Assembly (NCBI GenBank): GCA_938074535.1
Contig: CALJER010000003.1
Location: forward strand, 1-64,000
Length of the DNA stretch: 64,000 bases
Source: an uncultured archaeon
GTDB taxonomy: Archaea; Hadarchaeota; Hadarchaeia; Hadarchaeales; WYZ-LMO6
Direction: 5' to 3'
The position numbers were made by a program, and so were the translations under genes. Within the stretch, counting starts at the first letter, position 1. The number at the start of each line of letters is the position of its first letter. Under the pieces are notes generated by a model. That model had not been told where the DNA came from. It saw only the letters and a program-made list of their open reading frames with translations, and did not search any database. Positions 31,199-40,853 of the stretch are shown piece by piece.

Positions 31199-32146
31199 GT
31201 GGAAGAGGTTACCATCGTGGGTGCGGGCCCAGCTGGTCTTGCTTGCGCGAAGGGACTGGCGGACAGGGGAATTAAACCCTTGGTGCTCCACAAGGACTGG
31301 TTTGGGCAGAAGGCGTGCGGGGATCTGGTGGAGGAGGAGTGGTTCGGTCACCCCGTTTTCCCCTACTTGACTCCACGTGCTGTTGAAAGGAACTTCGACA
31401 GGTTTACCATCAATTTTTACGGGAGGAACTTCGCTCGGAAGGGGAGGTGGGTTTCGATCGACAGGGGGGAGTTTGAGCGGGCTCTGTGCGAGGAAGCAAA
31501 AAGGAGGGGGGCTAAGTTCAGGCTTGAGAGGGTTGCCAGGATCAGAAGGAAGGGAAAGACTTTCTTGATAAACGACAGAATAGAAACCAAATTCTTGGTG
31601 GGTGCTGACGGTGCGGACTCGGTGGTCAGAAGCTTTCTCGGGCAGGAAATAGAAAAGGCCTTTGCCATCAGAGGGTACGTGAAGGGGGATAGGGAGAGTC
31701 CCACCCTCTATGTGGACAGAGGGATAATCGAGGGGGGATATGCTTGGATTTTCCCCAAGAGGAAGCTGCTCAACGTGGGGGTCGTGGGTAGAAGAGTGGA
31801 GGAGGTGAAGAGGGGATGGAGAAAGTTCACCAGAGGAATGGAGGTGAGGGATGCAAAGGGATCGTTCGTCCCCTGCTCTCTTCCCTGTAAAACCGAGTTC
31901 GAAAACGCCATCTTGGTGGGGGACGCGGCGGGCCAGATAAACCCCCTCAGTTTCGCGGGGATCAACCTTTCCCTCCTCTGCGGAAGTCTGGCGGCCGAGG
32001 CGATTGCCTCTTCGAGGAGCTACGAGGGGCTGTGGAGGAAGGAGGTCTACCGGAGATTAAGGATTTTCCACCTGAAGGGGAAGATATTTTGGGGTTCTCT
32101 GATGAAGCAGAAGTGGGCCGGACATCTGCTGAGGTGGTTCTTCTGA
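31199..32146 (+). CDS. Geranylgeranyl reductase-family oxidoreductase
   Basis: IVGAGPAG, KACG, GADGADS, GYAWIFPK, LVGDAAGQINP. Confidence 0.88.
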   Translation: MEEVTIVGAGPAGLACAKGLADRGIKPLVLHKDWFGQKACGDLVEEEWFGHPVFPYLTPRAVERNFDRFTINFYGRNFARKGRWVSIDRGEFERALCEEAKRRGAKFRLERVARIRRKGKTFLINDRIETKFLVGADGADSVVRSFLGQEIEKAFAIRGYVKGDRESPTLYVDRGIIEGGYAWIFPKRKLLNVGVVGRRVEEVKRGWRKFTRGMEVRDAKGSFVPCSLPCKTEFENAILVGDAAGQINPLSFAGINLSLLCGSLAAEAIASSRSYEGLWRKEVYRRLRIFHLKGKIFWGSLMKQKWAGHLLRWFF

Positions 32147-32181
32147 GTTCGAAGGGAGTGGCGAAAAACTGTTTTAGGGTG

Positions 32182-32862
32182 ATGATCAAACCAGGAGAAG
32201 TGTTCGAACAGGTTAGGGCTGGAGTTCCCCTCCGCCTTTCACTACCCCTCCTGTTTTTCCTCAGGCAGCTTCACATCTACTCGCATGTTTGGCTGGTTCA
32301 TCGGGAATTTTATCTCGAGGAATACCGCCGTTTTTCCGACTTCCTGGTGGATAGATTTTCAGTCAACGGTGGGTTTGAGGTGATATGGATGTGGTTTTTT
32401 GGATGCATGATGATTTACCTGCTCGGAGTTTTCTTGGGAAAGAGGGTGAGCTACGAAAGGATAGAACACGGGTTCTTCTACATTTTCATCGCTTCCTTTT
32501 TTTTGCTCGCCCTCGACGTTCTTCACCTCTTCCTACCCCCCACTTATTTCCATGGTTACTGCATGCACGCAGCTTTGGCTGCACAGCTTTTCCTGATTCC
32601 GATATGGGTGAGTTTCATGGTGGAAAGGTTCCTGGGGGTGAGGAAGAGGTACACGGTCTTGCCAGCCAGCTTCTTCCCGATTTCGATCAAATACTTTTGG
32701 GGGGAAGTCTTCTCCCTTCCCATCGTTGTGGCAGGGCTGTGCGCGCTGATGTTTTTCTTCCTTCTCAAGCGGATGAACTCAAGAACGGTTTTTCTCTTCT
32801 CCTCCATAATTTGTGTTGCGGCCTTCCTAGCGGTGCCGGAGCTGAGGGGTTTCATAGATTGA
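32182..32862 (+). CDS. Multi-pass membrane protein, distant paralog of 1850-2581 and 7187-7924
   Basis: LGKRVSYERIE motif; hydrophobic; start approximate. Confidence 0.6.
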   Translation: MIKPGEVFEQVRAGVPLRLSLPLLFFLRQLHIYSHVWLVHREFYLEEYRRFSDFLVDRFSVNGGFEVIWMWFFGCMMIYLLGVFLGKRVSYERIEHGFFYIFIASFFLLALDVLHLFLPPTYFHGYCMHAALAAQLFLIPIWVSFMVERFLGVRKRYTVLPASFFPISIKYFWGEVFSLPIVVAGLCALMFFFLLKRMNSRTVFLFSSIICVAAFLAVPELRGFID

Positions 32863-32899
32863 GACCAACTAAATTAAAATAAAGAGAAAGAATGAAAGT

Positions 32900-33856
32900 G
32901 TGGGGTGCGGAGGAATCTTCTGGCGTCTGGCTTTGAGATGGGGAGCAAGAAGGCCAGTAGCCAAGCTCCTTTTCAATCCTGTTCGGGAGCTGCAAAAATT
33001 CTTCAGGCCTAAACTCCATTGCATGGTGGTGCCCACTTTCAGGTGCAACTACTACGGCCTATGCAAGTACTGCCATGTTCCGGACCTGGGCCTCCCCGAG
33101 CTCTATCCCGGAGACTTCCGGTGGAAGAAACTGGTGGAGCGCCTGGAGGAGTTCCCTCCGTGCCTGCTGGACATCACAGGGGGTGAGCCCTTCATGGCGA
33201 AGGGCTTTCGGGAGTTCATCCAAAGTCTCCCTGGAAAGCACATGGTGGGGGTGAGCACTAACCTTTCCTTTGAAATAAGCGAGGTGGAGGAGCTCCTCCC
33301 CAGATTTTGCTGGATAACCGCCAGCTTTCACCCCTTTGCCGCAGACTTGAACGAGTTCCTGGAGAAGGTGAGGCGGGTTCGGGCCATCAACCCCAGGGTG
33401 AAGATAAACATGGTGGCACATCCGCAGGTGTTGCCGAAGCTGAGCTTCTACGTGAGAACCTTTGAGAAAAACGGACTTCTCACCAACGTCGATCCCTATC
33501 TGAGCTTATCTCCATACGCGGAGGAGGAGGAAAAACTTGTGAGAGGGCTCCTGATAAGCAAGCGGGTAACGACCCCTCCCTTCGTAGAGGAGCCCACGCT
33601 CTGCAATGCCGGTGTCAGGCATTTTGTCGTTTTGCCCAACGGGGACGTCTACACCTGTTGGAACGGAATGAACATAAGGCACTTTTTGGCAAGAGCAGAT
33701 GGAACGGATCCGCGGGAGGGGCCCTATTACCTAGGGAACATGGTCGGGGGAACTTTCAAGCCCAGGCAGGGGTGGATTAAGTGCGATTTCCCCTGCCCAC
33801 CACCCTGCGATTCCGACTTCACTGAAAGGAGGTCTTGGTCCACCCATCGGGGCTGA
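32900..33856 (+). CDS. Radical SAM protein with variant CX5CX2C motif
   Basis: CNYYGLCKYC, ITGGEP, STN, CNAG...PNGDVYTC; start uncertain. Confidence 0.8.
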   Translation: MGCGGIFWRLALRWGARRPVAKLLFNPVRELQKFFRPKLHCMVVPTFRCNYYGLCKYCHVPDLGLPELYPGDFRWKKLVERLEEFPPCLLDITGGEPFMAKGFREFIQSLPGKHMVGVSTNLSFEISEVEELLPRFCWITASFHPFAADLNEFLEKVRRVRAINPRVKINMVAHPQVLPKLSFYVRTFEKNGLLTNVDPYLSLSPYAEEEEKLVRGLLISKRVTTPPFVEEPTLCNAGVRHFVVLPNGDVYTCWNGMNIRHFLARADGTDPREGPYYLGNMVGGTFKPRQGWIKCDFPCPPPCDSDFTERRSWSTHRG

Positions 33857-33953
33857 ATCCAGCCCCCATACCTAAATGCTCATATTTAAAGAAAATCAAC
33901 ATTTACGTGTGAAGGTTCCGCGGGGAGGGTGGGAAAAGGGGCTGAAGGGCGGG

Positions 33954-36860
33954 ATGGCCCTGCTGCTCTGCCTCCTCTTCCTCCTCCCCCCGGCGTGCGC
34001 CCTCACCTTCACCGACACCACCAACGCCGACTTCGCGCAGGGGGTGCACGAGAACACGGAGAACGTGAGCGACGACCTCAGGCTCAGGACCAACTACCTG
34101 CAGGGCAGGTTCACCTCCAGGGCCTTCGACGCCCTGCAGACGCAGGTGTGGGGCACCCTCTCCTGGAACGCCACCCTTCCCTCCCTTGCGGTGAGCGTGG
34201 AGAACGACAACGTGGGGGCCGAGCCCACCACGCTGGCGGACGGGACCCCCAGGATAGGGAGGATCACGGGGGGTTCCGTCCTGAACACGAGGATCTCCGA
34301 CGGAGTCTACGAGAACATAGTGGAGGAGGCCGGCGCCCCCTACGGGGGAAGCGTGAACCTCATCCTCTTCTGGGACGGGGCCACCATACCCTCGGGCTGG
34401 ACCTGCATCTCCGATGACCCCGGGGAGCCCTTCTACTACAGGTTCCCCATGGGGGGGTCCTCCTACGGGAGCACGGGGGGTGCGGAAAACCATACCCACC
34501 CCACCACCTCCTCCTGCGGGGGACCCTCCGCCACCCTACAGAGGAACTCCGGGACCAACGTGACCACGGCGACCAGCACCCACACCCACACCCCCACCGT
34601 CACCGTGGCGACCGTAAGCCACCTCCCGCCTTACTACGACCTGAAGGTGATCAGGTACAACTCGGGAATCCCGTCCACCCTTCCCGCCGGTGTGATAGCC
34701 CTCTTCCCCTCCACCTCTGTTCCTTCCGGCTGGAGCCTTTACACGGCGGCGGACAACCGCTTCCTCAGGGGTGCTCCCTCGGCCGGGGGAACGGGGGGAG
34801 GCACCACCCACACCCACAGCGTGAGCGTGAGCACGGGCGGTCCCTCCCATACGGTGCAGCTGAGGACGGACCCCTGTGGTGCGTCCGTTGCCTACCCCAC
34901 CAGTACCCACACCCACTCCGGTTCTGGCACCAGCTCGGCGGCCGCCAACCTCCCCCCCTACCTCACGGTGGTCCTGGCCAAGGCCTCTGCCGACACCCCC
35001 ATCCCGGGCGGAATGATAGGGATGTTCGACGGCGTGCCCGGGGGGAACTGGTCCCTCCTCTCGGCCTTCAACGGAAGGTTCCTGCTGGAGAACCTAACCG
35101 CGGGATATGGGGCCACGGGGGGGACCTCCTCTCACACCCACTCCGATCTCAGCATCACCACGGGTACGGGCGCCACCTCCTCGGCCAACCTGGATGTGGG
35201 GACCGCCGTCACTTTCGCCAGCGGCACCCACACCCACACCGTCACGGTTTCCTTCCAGGAGAGTTCCCACCTCCCCCCCTACGTCACCGTCCTCTTCGCC
35301 CAGGCCACCTGCGGGCTCCGCTGGCAGCACAACATCGAGAACGTGGCGGCGGGCTACGCCAGCTACCAGCTGCGCGTGAAGGGCAGGACGAGCGGTGACT
35401 CCGAGACCGTGGGGGTCTACGTGTGGAAGAGCAGCGCCAGCTCCTGGGAGTACCTGGGGAACCTCACGGGGACCGAGGCAACCCTCACCAAGATCCTCTC
35501 CGGGGCCGAGCTCCCCTCCTACCTGAGCGGGACCAGCCTGCTGGTCAAGTACGAGTCGGCCGATGCCAGCGACCTAACCCCCACCGCCCTCCACGTGGAC
35601 CTCTGCATCCTGGAGGAGGGCCAGCTCTACAAGAGCTATGTGAAGTTCAGGGTGAGGGTGAGCGCGAACGGCTCCACCTGGAGCCAGGAGCTGGGCCCGG
35701 ACGGTACCCCCAACACCTACTTCACCTCCTCCCCCGCCAGCCTGGGGAACATCCCGGAGAACCGGTACATCCGCTACGTCGCGTACCTCTCCAGCGAGCA
35801 CTCCCAGCTCACCGGGGCCAACGGCCCGAAGGTGCACGACGTGACCATCACCTCCTTCACCCCAGGACAGGCCGAGGTTTTCACCCTGGGAGCTGAGAAC
35901 GTGGGCTGGGGGGGCGCCATCCTCACCGCCAGGCTCCTCTACGTGGATCCCTGGGCGGCGGTGAGGTTCCAGTACATGCCGGAAGGGGGGGTCTGGGAGA
36001 GCACCCCCTGGGAGGGCTGGGAGAAAAGCTGGTACTGGCGCCCCGTCTCCGGCCTGCAGGAGAACAAGACCTACTACTTCCAGGCGCAGGTGAAGTACGG
36101 CGGACAGATATACGGCGGCGGGATCAGGACCTTCAGAACCCTTCCCAGCAAACCCTATGCCGTCACCCTGAGGGCCACCGAGGTGGACAACTCCTCCGCC
36201 GTGCTCAACGCCAGAATATACTACGGCAGCTACGACAACGTGAGCATAAGGTTCTGGTATCAGCCCGAGGGAGGGAGCTGGTCGGCCACCACGTCCGTCC
36301 AGGGCTACAGGGGCCCCACCTACAGCACCAGGATCACGGGCCTGACCGCAAACAAGCTTTACTCCTTCAGGGCTGAGATCACCTACGGTACCACCTCCGA
36401 GAACGCCAACGTGGAGACCTTCACCACCTTTACTTCCAAGTCCACGGGCATGGCCTACGACGGGACCCTCGGGTTCGGCTCCTCCCCCCCCGGCTGGCAC
36501 GGGGTGAGGATGACCCCGCCCTCCGGCACCAAGGGTCTGAAGCTGGAGCTCCTCACCTCCTCCCCCCTCCCCGCCCACTACTCCCTGCGGGTGGTGAGGG
36601 ACAACGGGGAGCTGCTCTACGCCGGCCACATCCTCTCCGACAACGGGAAGAGCAAGGTGGTGAGCGTGAGGCTCTGGAAGAGCACGGCCGGGGAGAGCGT
36701 GTACGTGGAGCTCTACGATCCCTACGGCTTCGCCTACAGGACGAGGGGCACCAAGCCCTCCTTGGGGGATGCCGCGTACTCCTACCTGGACCGCACCGGA
36801 AAGAACCTCAGGTACTACGACAGGGCCTGCGGCGTGAACGTGCTGGAGAGCTACGCCTGA
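33954..36860 (+). CDS. Large secreted surface protein with three HxH tail-fibre-like repeats and two FN3-like domains
   Basis: Signal peptide MALLLCLLFLLPPACA; repeats P.GW...RF..G...G.TGG...HTH...HTH...LPPY; GLQENKTYYF and GLTANKLYSF. Confidence 0.75.
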   Translation: MALLLCLLFLLPPACALTFTDTTNADFAQGVHENTENVSDDLRLRTNYLQGRFTSRAFDALQTQVWGTLSWNATLPSLAVSVENDNVGAEPTTLADGTPRIGRITGGSVLNTRISDGVYENIVEEAGAPYGGSVNLILFWDGATIPSGWTCISDDPGEPFYYRFPMGGSSYGSTGGAENHTHPTTSSCGGPSATLQRNSGTNVTTATSTHTHTPTVTVATVSHLPPYYDLKVIRYNSGIPSTLPAGVIALFPSTSVPSGWSLYTAADNRFLRGAPSAGGTGGGTTHTHSVSVSTGGPSHTVQLRTDPCGASVAYPTSTHTHSGSGTSSAAANLPPYLTVVLAKASADTPIPGGMIGMFDGVPGGNWSLLSAFNGRFLLENLTAGYGATGGTSSHTHSDLSITTGTGATSSANLDVGTAVTFASGTHTHTVTVSFQESSHLPPYVTVLFAQATCGLRWQHNIENVAAGYASYQLRVKGRTSGDSETVGVYVWKSSASSWEYLGNLTGTEATLTKILSGAELPSYLSGTSLLVKYESADASDLTPTALHVDLCILEEGQLYKSYVKFRVRVSANGSTWSQELGPDGTPNTYFTSSPASLGNIPENRYIRYVAYLSSEHSQLTGANGPKVHDVTITSFTPGQAEVFTLGAENVGWGGAILTARLLYVDPWAAVRFQYMPEGGVWESTPWEGWEKSWYWRPVSGLQENKTYYFQAQVKYGGQIYGGGIRTFRTLPSKPYAVTLRATEVDNSSAVLNARIYYGSYDNVSIRFWYQPEGGSWSATTSVQGYRGPTYSTRITGLTANKLYSFRAEITYGTTSENANVETFTTFTSKSTGMAYDGTLGFGSSPPGWHGVRMTPPSGTKGLKLELLTSSPLPAHYSLRVVRDNGELLYAGHILSDNGKSKVVSVRLWKSTAGESVYVELYDPYGFAYRTRGTKPSLGDAAYSYLDRTGKNLRYYDRACGVNVLESYA

Positions 36861-36958
36861 TGGGGCCAGGGCCGGGAACTCCGCCGGCTCGGGGCCGGAT
36901 TCGAACCCGGGTCACGGGATCCACAGTCCCGGATGCTGACCGCTGCACCACCCTGGCC
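36861..36958 (-). tRNA. tRNA-His(GUG) with encoded G-1 and CCA, and a 22-nt intron at 59/60 (36878-36899)
   Basis: Acceptor GCCAGGG/CCCUGGC and T-stem CCGGG/CCCGG form only after removing the insert; perfect bulge-helix-bulge. Confidence 0.92.
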
Positions 36959-37034
36959 ATTCCCCTTGGGAGGAAGAGGTAAAAAGGAGAGGGGGGTGAG
37001 CATGCCCCCTCCACGCCTGGAGCAGCTTCAGTGC

Positions 37035-39053
37035 TCAGCGTTTGTCTCCCGGAGGGGAGCTCAGGGAGAGGGTTGGGCTGAGGGCTTCTGAGCTAATCGG
37101 TCCAGGCCCGGCCTTTCCCGCCACGATTTTCTTGAGGGTCTCCACGGCTTCTGGGTTCAGGAGGGTGGAGGTGTCCCCCACCGGCGCGTTGATCAGGAGG
37201 GACTTCAGGATCCTGCGCATGATCTTCCCGCTCCTGGTCTTCGGGAGATCGGGGGCGAAGATGATCTCCTCGGGCACGGCGGTGGGACCTATCCTCTCCC
37301 TCACCAGCGCCTTCAGCTCGGCCTCCAGCTCCCTGGAGGGGGTCCTTCCCTCCTTCAGGACCACGTAGGCCACGGGCACCTCCCCCTTCAGGTCGTGCGG
37401 TCTGGGAGCCACGGCGCTCTCCGCGACGAAGGGGTGGGTGTTGAGGGCGTCCTCCACCTCCGCGGTGGAGAGGCGGTGGCCGGCCACCTTCATCACGTCG
37501 TCCACCCTCCCGGTCACCCTTATGCAGCCATACAGGGTTCGGAGGGCTCCGTCTGAGGGGAAGTAGTAGCGGTAGTTGTACCTCAGCCAGTAGGTCTCCC
37601 TGTACTTGTCGTCAGCCTTGTACAGCCCCCTGAGCATCCCGGGCACGAGGGGGGGCACCTGCACCAGGTAGCCCGAGTCCGCCGGGTTGCCCTCCTCGTC
37701 CACGATCTCCAGCTGGGCTCCCGGGAAGGGCCTGCCCGCCACCGTGGGAATGAAAGGACCTATCCCCGGGAGGGACGTGATCAGGGTGCCTCCCGTCTCC
37801 GTCTGCCACCAGGTGTCGGTGATGGGGCATCTCCCTCCCCCTATGTGGTGGAAGTACCAGAGCCAGGTCTCCCTGTCTATGGGTTCTCCCACCGTTCCCA
37901 GCAGTCTCAGGGAGCTCAGGTCGTGCTTCTTCACCCACTCCTCTCCCCACCTCACGAACATCCTGATGGCGGTGGGGGCGGTGTAGAAGATGGTCACCTT
38001 GAACTTCTCTATGATCTCCCAGAAGCGGTCCGGGGCGGGGTGGTCGGGGGCCCCCTCGTAGACCAGGAGGGTGGCCCCGTTGAGCAGGGGGCCGTAGCAG
38101 GCGTAGGTGTGCCCCGTCACCCACCCTATGTCGGAGGTGCACCAGAAGAGATCCTCGTCGTGCAGATCGAAGACCCACTTCGCCGTCCAGCAGGCCTGGG
38201 TGAGGTACCCTCCGGTGGTGTGGATGACGCCCTTGGGCCTTCCGGTCGTCCCGCTGGTGTAGAGGAGGAAGAGCATGTCCTCGCTGTCCATGTGTTCGGG
38301 GGGACACCAGGGGTCGGCCTCTTCCATCACCTCGTGCCACCAGAGGTCCCTCCCCCTCTCCATCCCCACCTCGTTTCCCGCCCTCCTCACCACCACCATC
38401 TTCTCCACCCTGGTGCCCCTGACGGCCTCGTCGGCGCTGGACTTCAGGTCGATGAGCTTGCCCCTGCGGTAGTAGCCGTCGCAGGTGATGAGCACCCTCG
38501 CCTCCGAGTCCTCCAGCCTCACCCTCAGGGCTTCCGGAGCGAAGGCGGAGAAGACCACGGTGTGCGGGGCCCCTATCCTGGAGCAGGCCAGGAGGGCGGG
38601 GTAGAGCTCCGGGATCATGGGCAGGTAGATCCCCACCCTGTCCCCCTTCTTCACCCCGAGGCTCTTCAGGGCGTTGGCGAACTTGTTGACCTGGAGGAAG
38701 AGTTCGTTGTAGGTGAGCACCCTGGGCTGCTCGGCGGGCGGCTCCGGGACCCAGACCACCGCCCTCCTGTTCCCCCTTCCCGCCTTCACGTGCCTGTCCA
38801 CCGCGTTGTAGCTGGCGTTGAGCTTTCCCCCCACAAACCACTTCACGTAGGGCGGGTTCCACTCGTAGGGCTTGTCCCAGCGCTTGAACCACTCCAGCCC
38901 CTCTGCGGCCAGCTTCTCCCAGAAGGCTATCCTGTCCCTGGCCGCCTCCTCGTAGATGCCTGGGTCGCTCACCCACGCCCTCCTCCTCATTTCCTCGGAG
39001 GGCCACCAGACGTTCTTTTCCTTGGGGTCCTCCACCACCCAGCGGGTTGGCAT
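37035..39053 (-). CDS. acs: Acetyl-CoA synthetase (AMP-forming)
   Basis: LYTSGTTGRPKG, DIGWVTGH, DTWWQTETGG, LPKTRSGKIMRR. Confidence 0.95.
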   Translation of the reverse strand: MPTRWVVEDPKEKNVWWPSEEMRRRAWVSDPGIYEEAARDRIAFWEKLAAEGLEWFKRWDKPYEWNPPYVKWFVGGKLNASYNAVDRHVKAGRGNRRAVVWVPEPPAEQPRVLTYNELFLQVNKFANALKSLGVKKGDRVGIYLPMIPELYPALLACSRIGAPHTVVFSAFAPEALRVRLEDSEARVLITCDGYYRRGKLIDLKSSADEAVRGTRVEKMVVVRRAGNEVGMERGRDLWWHEVMEEADPWCPPEHMDSEDMLFLLYTSGTTGRPKGVIHTTGGYLTQACWTAKWVFDLHDEDLFWCTSDIGWVTGHTYACYGPLLNGATLLVYEGAPDHPAPDRFWEIIEKFKVTIFYTAPTAIRMFVRWGEEWVKKHDLSSLRLLGTVGEPIDRETWLWYFHHIGGGRCPITDTWWQTETGGTLITSLPGIGPFIPTVAGRPFPGAQLEIVDEEGNPADSGYLVQVPPLVPGMLRGLYKADDKYRETYWLRYNYRYYFPSDGALRTLYGCIRVTGRVDDVMKVAGHRLSTAEVEDALNTHPFVAESAVAPRPHDLKGEVPVAYVVLKEGRTPSRELEAELKALVRERIGPTAVPEEIIFAPDLPKTRSGKIMRRILKSLLINAPVGDTSTLLNPEAVETLKKIVAGKAGPGPISSEALSPTLSLSSPPGDKR

Positions 39054-39164
39054 CTTAACCCCTCGAGTGAACCCCTTTAAAAAGGTTGCTGGGGGACGGC
39101 CTTCTCACAGAGGAAGATCGCACCTTCCGCGGAGAAGTTATATCCCGGAAGGGGGAAAAATAAA

Positions 39165-39473
39165 GAGGTGCCGGCGAGCTGGTGGGCAGCTGCCGGGCGG
39201 CAACGCCTGAGGAAATCCCACCCCTCAAGCGGGTACCGCGAGTCCGCGAGGACTGGGTCGAGAGACCCGACCCTGGCACAGAAACGACACCCGCCGGCCG
39301 CTCGAGGAGGATGGGGCGGAGACGCCGAGAGGGGGCCGGGGGATGAAACGGCCAGTCCGCGGGAGGCAAGGGCAAAAGACCGTCGAGGAGCACCCGCTCG
39401 AGACGGGTGGTAGCCCGCTAAGCCCAATGCTGCCTAGAACAGAAGGTGGATTACGGCCAGGACGCCGGCACCT
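39165..39473 (+). ncRNA. rnpB: RNase P RNA
   Basis: P1 gaggtgccggcg/cgccggcacctc; GAGGAAAUCCCAC with AACAGAAGGUGGAUUA (P4); ACAGAAA and UGAAAC conserved loops. Confidence 0.9.
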
Positions 39474-39507
39474 CCCTTTTTATCCCCCGTGCAGGAAGGT
39501 GGATGGT

Positions 39508-39729
39508 ATGGGAAAGAAGTGGGGACACTACGCGGTGGGAGGCAGGAGCCAGCCCGTGACCTGCCTTTACTGCGGGCGCCTGACCCCCAGGGTGAAGGCC
39601 GTGCCCGTGAGGAGGGGCTCCTGGCTCGACACCAAGGTGGTGCCGGGTCTGGACCGCAGGAAGGTCTTCATCCCCTCCAGGAAGGCCTATGCCTGCATCT
39701 CCTGCGCCAAGCACCGCGGGATGCTCTGA
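39508..39729 (+). CDS. rps26e: 30S ribosomal protein S26e
   Basis: VTCLYCGRLTPRVKA...AYACISCAKHRG matches the S26e zinc-finger pattern. Confidence 0.75.
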   Translation: MGKKWGHYAVGGRSQPVTCLYCGRLTPRVKAVPVRRGSWLDTKVVPGLDRRKVFIPSRKAYACISCAKHRGML

Positions 39730-39876
39730 TCAGGCCCTCCTTTCCCTGGCCTTGGGCCTGAGCTTGGTGTAGCCGCACTTCCTGCACTTGGTGGCCTTCC
39801 AGGCGTTGTGTGCGTTGCACCTCATGCAGATCTTCACGTTGAAGAGCCTCCTCTCCGCCACCTCGAATTTGGCCAT
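39730..39876 (-). CDS. rpl40e: 50S ribosomal protein L40e (not in ORF track)
   Basis: Manual translation [48 protein letters not shown]. Confidence 0.93.
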   Translation of the reverse strand: MAKFEVAERRLFNVKICMRCNAHNAWKATKCRKCGYTKLRPKARERRA

Positions 39877-39877
39877 C

Positions 39878-40750
39878 TCATCCCTCCCTCAGGGCCTTGA
39901 AGACGTAGGGCAGTTTCCCTATTAAATCTGAGGCGGTGAAGCCGTATCCCTTCTCCCTCAGGCAGAGGTCCCCTGCCAGCCCGTTCACGTAGGCTCCCGC
40001 CCAGGCTGCTTCGAAGGGACCCAGCCCCTGGGCCATCAGCCCCCCCACCACTCCCGAGAGGACATCTCCCGTTCCGCCCACCGTCATGCCGGGGTTTCCC
40101 GTCCGGTTGAGGAGGACCTCCCCCGCGGGGGAGGAGATGACGTCGATCCTCCCCTTCAGGAGGATCACGCAGCCCAGTTTCCTGGCCTCCTCCGCGACCA
40201 CCCCCGCCCTTTCCTCCAGCCCCGCCGGCGCCTCCCTCCCCGTCACCGCCCTGAACTCCCCGGCGTGGGGGGTGAGCACCATGCTCCTGCCCTCCAGCTT
40301 CCTGCCCCCCACGGCCTTCAGGGCGTCCGCATCCAGGAGGACGGGAAGGGAGGGACGTCTCCTCCCCACCTCCTCCAGCAGGGAGACCACCGCCTTCTTC
40401 GTCTCCTCCAGCCCGCCCAGCCCCGGGCCCACGATCAGCGCCTCGCACCTCTCCAGCTCGGGCAGGAGGTGGGGAAGGGCAGCCGGCACCAGGTCCTCGC
40501 AGGGAAGCTTCAGGGTGATGAGGTCAGGTGAAAAGGTGTTTATGAGCCTGGCCGTTTCCCTGGGGGAAGCCACGGTGGCCAGGTCCGCCCCCGACCTGAG
40601 GGCGGAGAGGGCGGCCAGGGCGGGGGCCCCCACGTACCTAGAGCTGCCTCCCACCACCAGCACCCTTCCGTTCTCCCCCTTGTGGGAGTCGGGCCTCCGC
40701 CTGGGCAGCACCCTTCTGACCCTTTCCCTGCTCACGTACCTGAGGGCCAT
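39878..40750 (-). CDS. nnrD: ADP-dependent NAD(P)H-hydrate dehydratase
   Basis: [42 protein letters not shown]. Confidence 0.92.
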   Translation of the reverse strand: MALRYVSRERVRRVLPRRRPDSHKGENGRVLVVGGSSRYVGAPALAALSALRSGADLATVASPRETARLINTFSPDLITLKLPCEDLVPAALPHLLPELERCEALIVGPGLGGLEETKKAVVSLLEEVGRRRPSLPVLLDADALKAVGGRKLEGRSMVLTPHAGEFRAVTGREAPAGLEERAGVVAEEARKLGCVILLKGRIDVISSPAGEVLLNRTGNPGMTVGGTGDVLSGVVGGLMAQGLGPFEAAWAGAYVNGLAGDLCLREKGYGFTASDLIGKLPYVFKALREG

Positions 40751-40853
40751 CTCCTCCCCTTTTCGGCGGGAGATATAACCCTGGTTACCGGTTCGCAAAG
40801 GATAAATACCGAGGGAGGAAAGGGAGGGGGTAAAAAAGAAAAGGAGGGATGAA

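Noticed and set aside
25815-36860. Provirus or integrative element at tRNA-His
   Set aside because: No integrase, capsid or replication genes, and no distant duplicate of the tRNA 3' end was seen
36882-36958. tRNA-His as a pseudogene with a degenerate 3' end
   Set aside because: The correct 3' exon with CCA lies 22 nt further on, and a perfect BHB explains the insert
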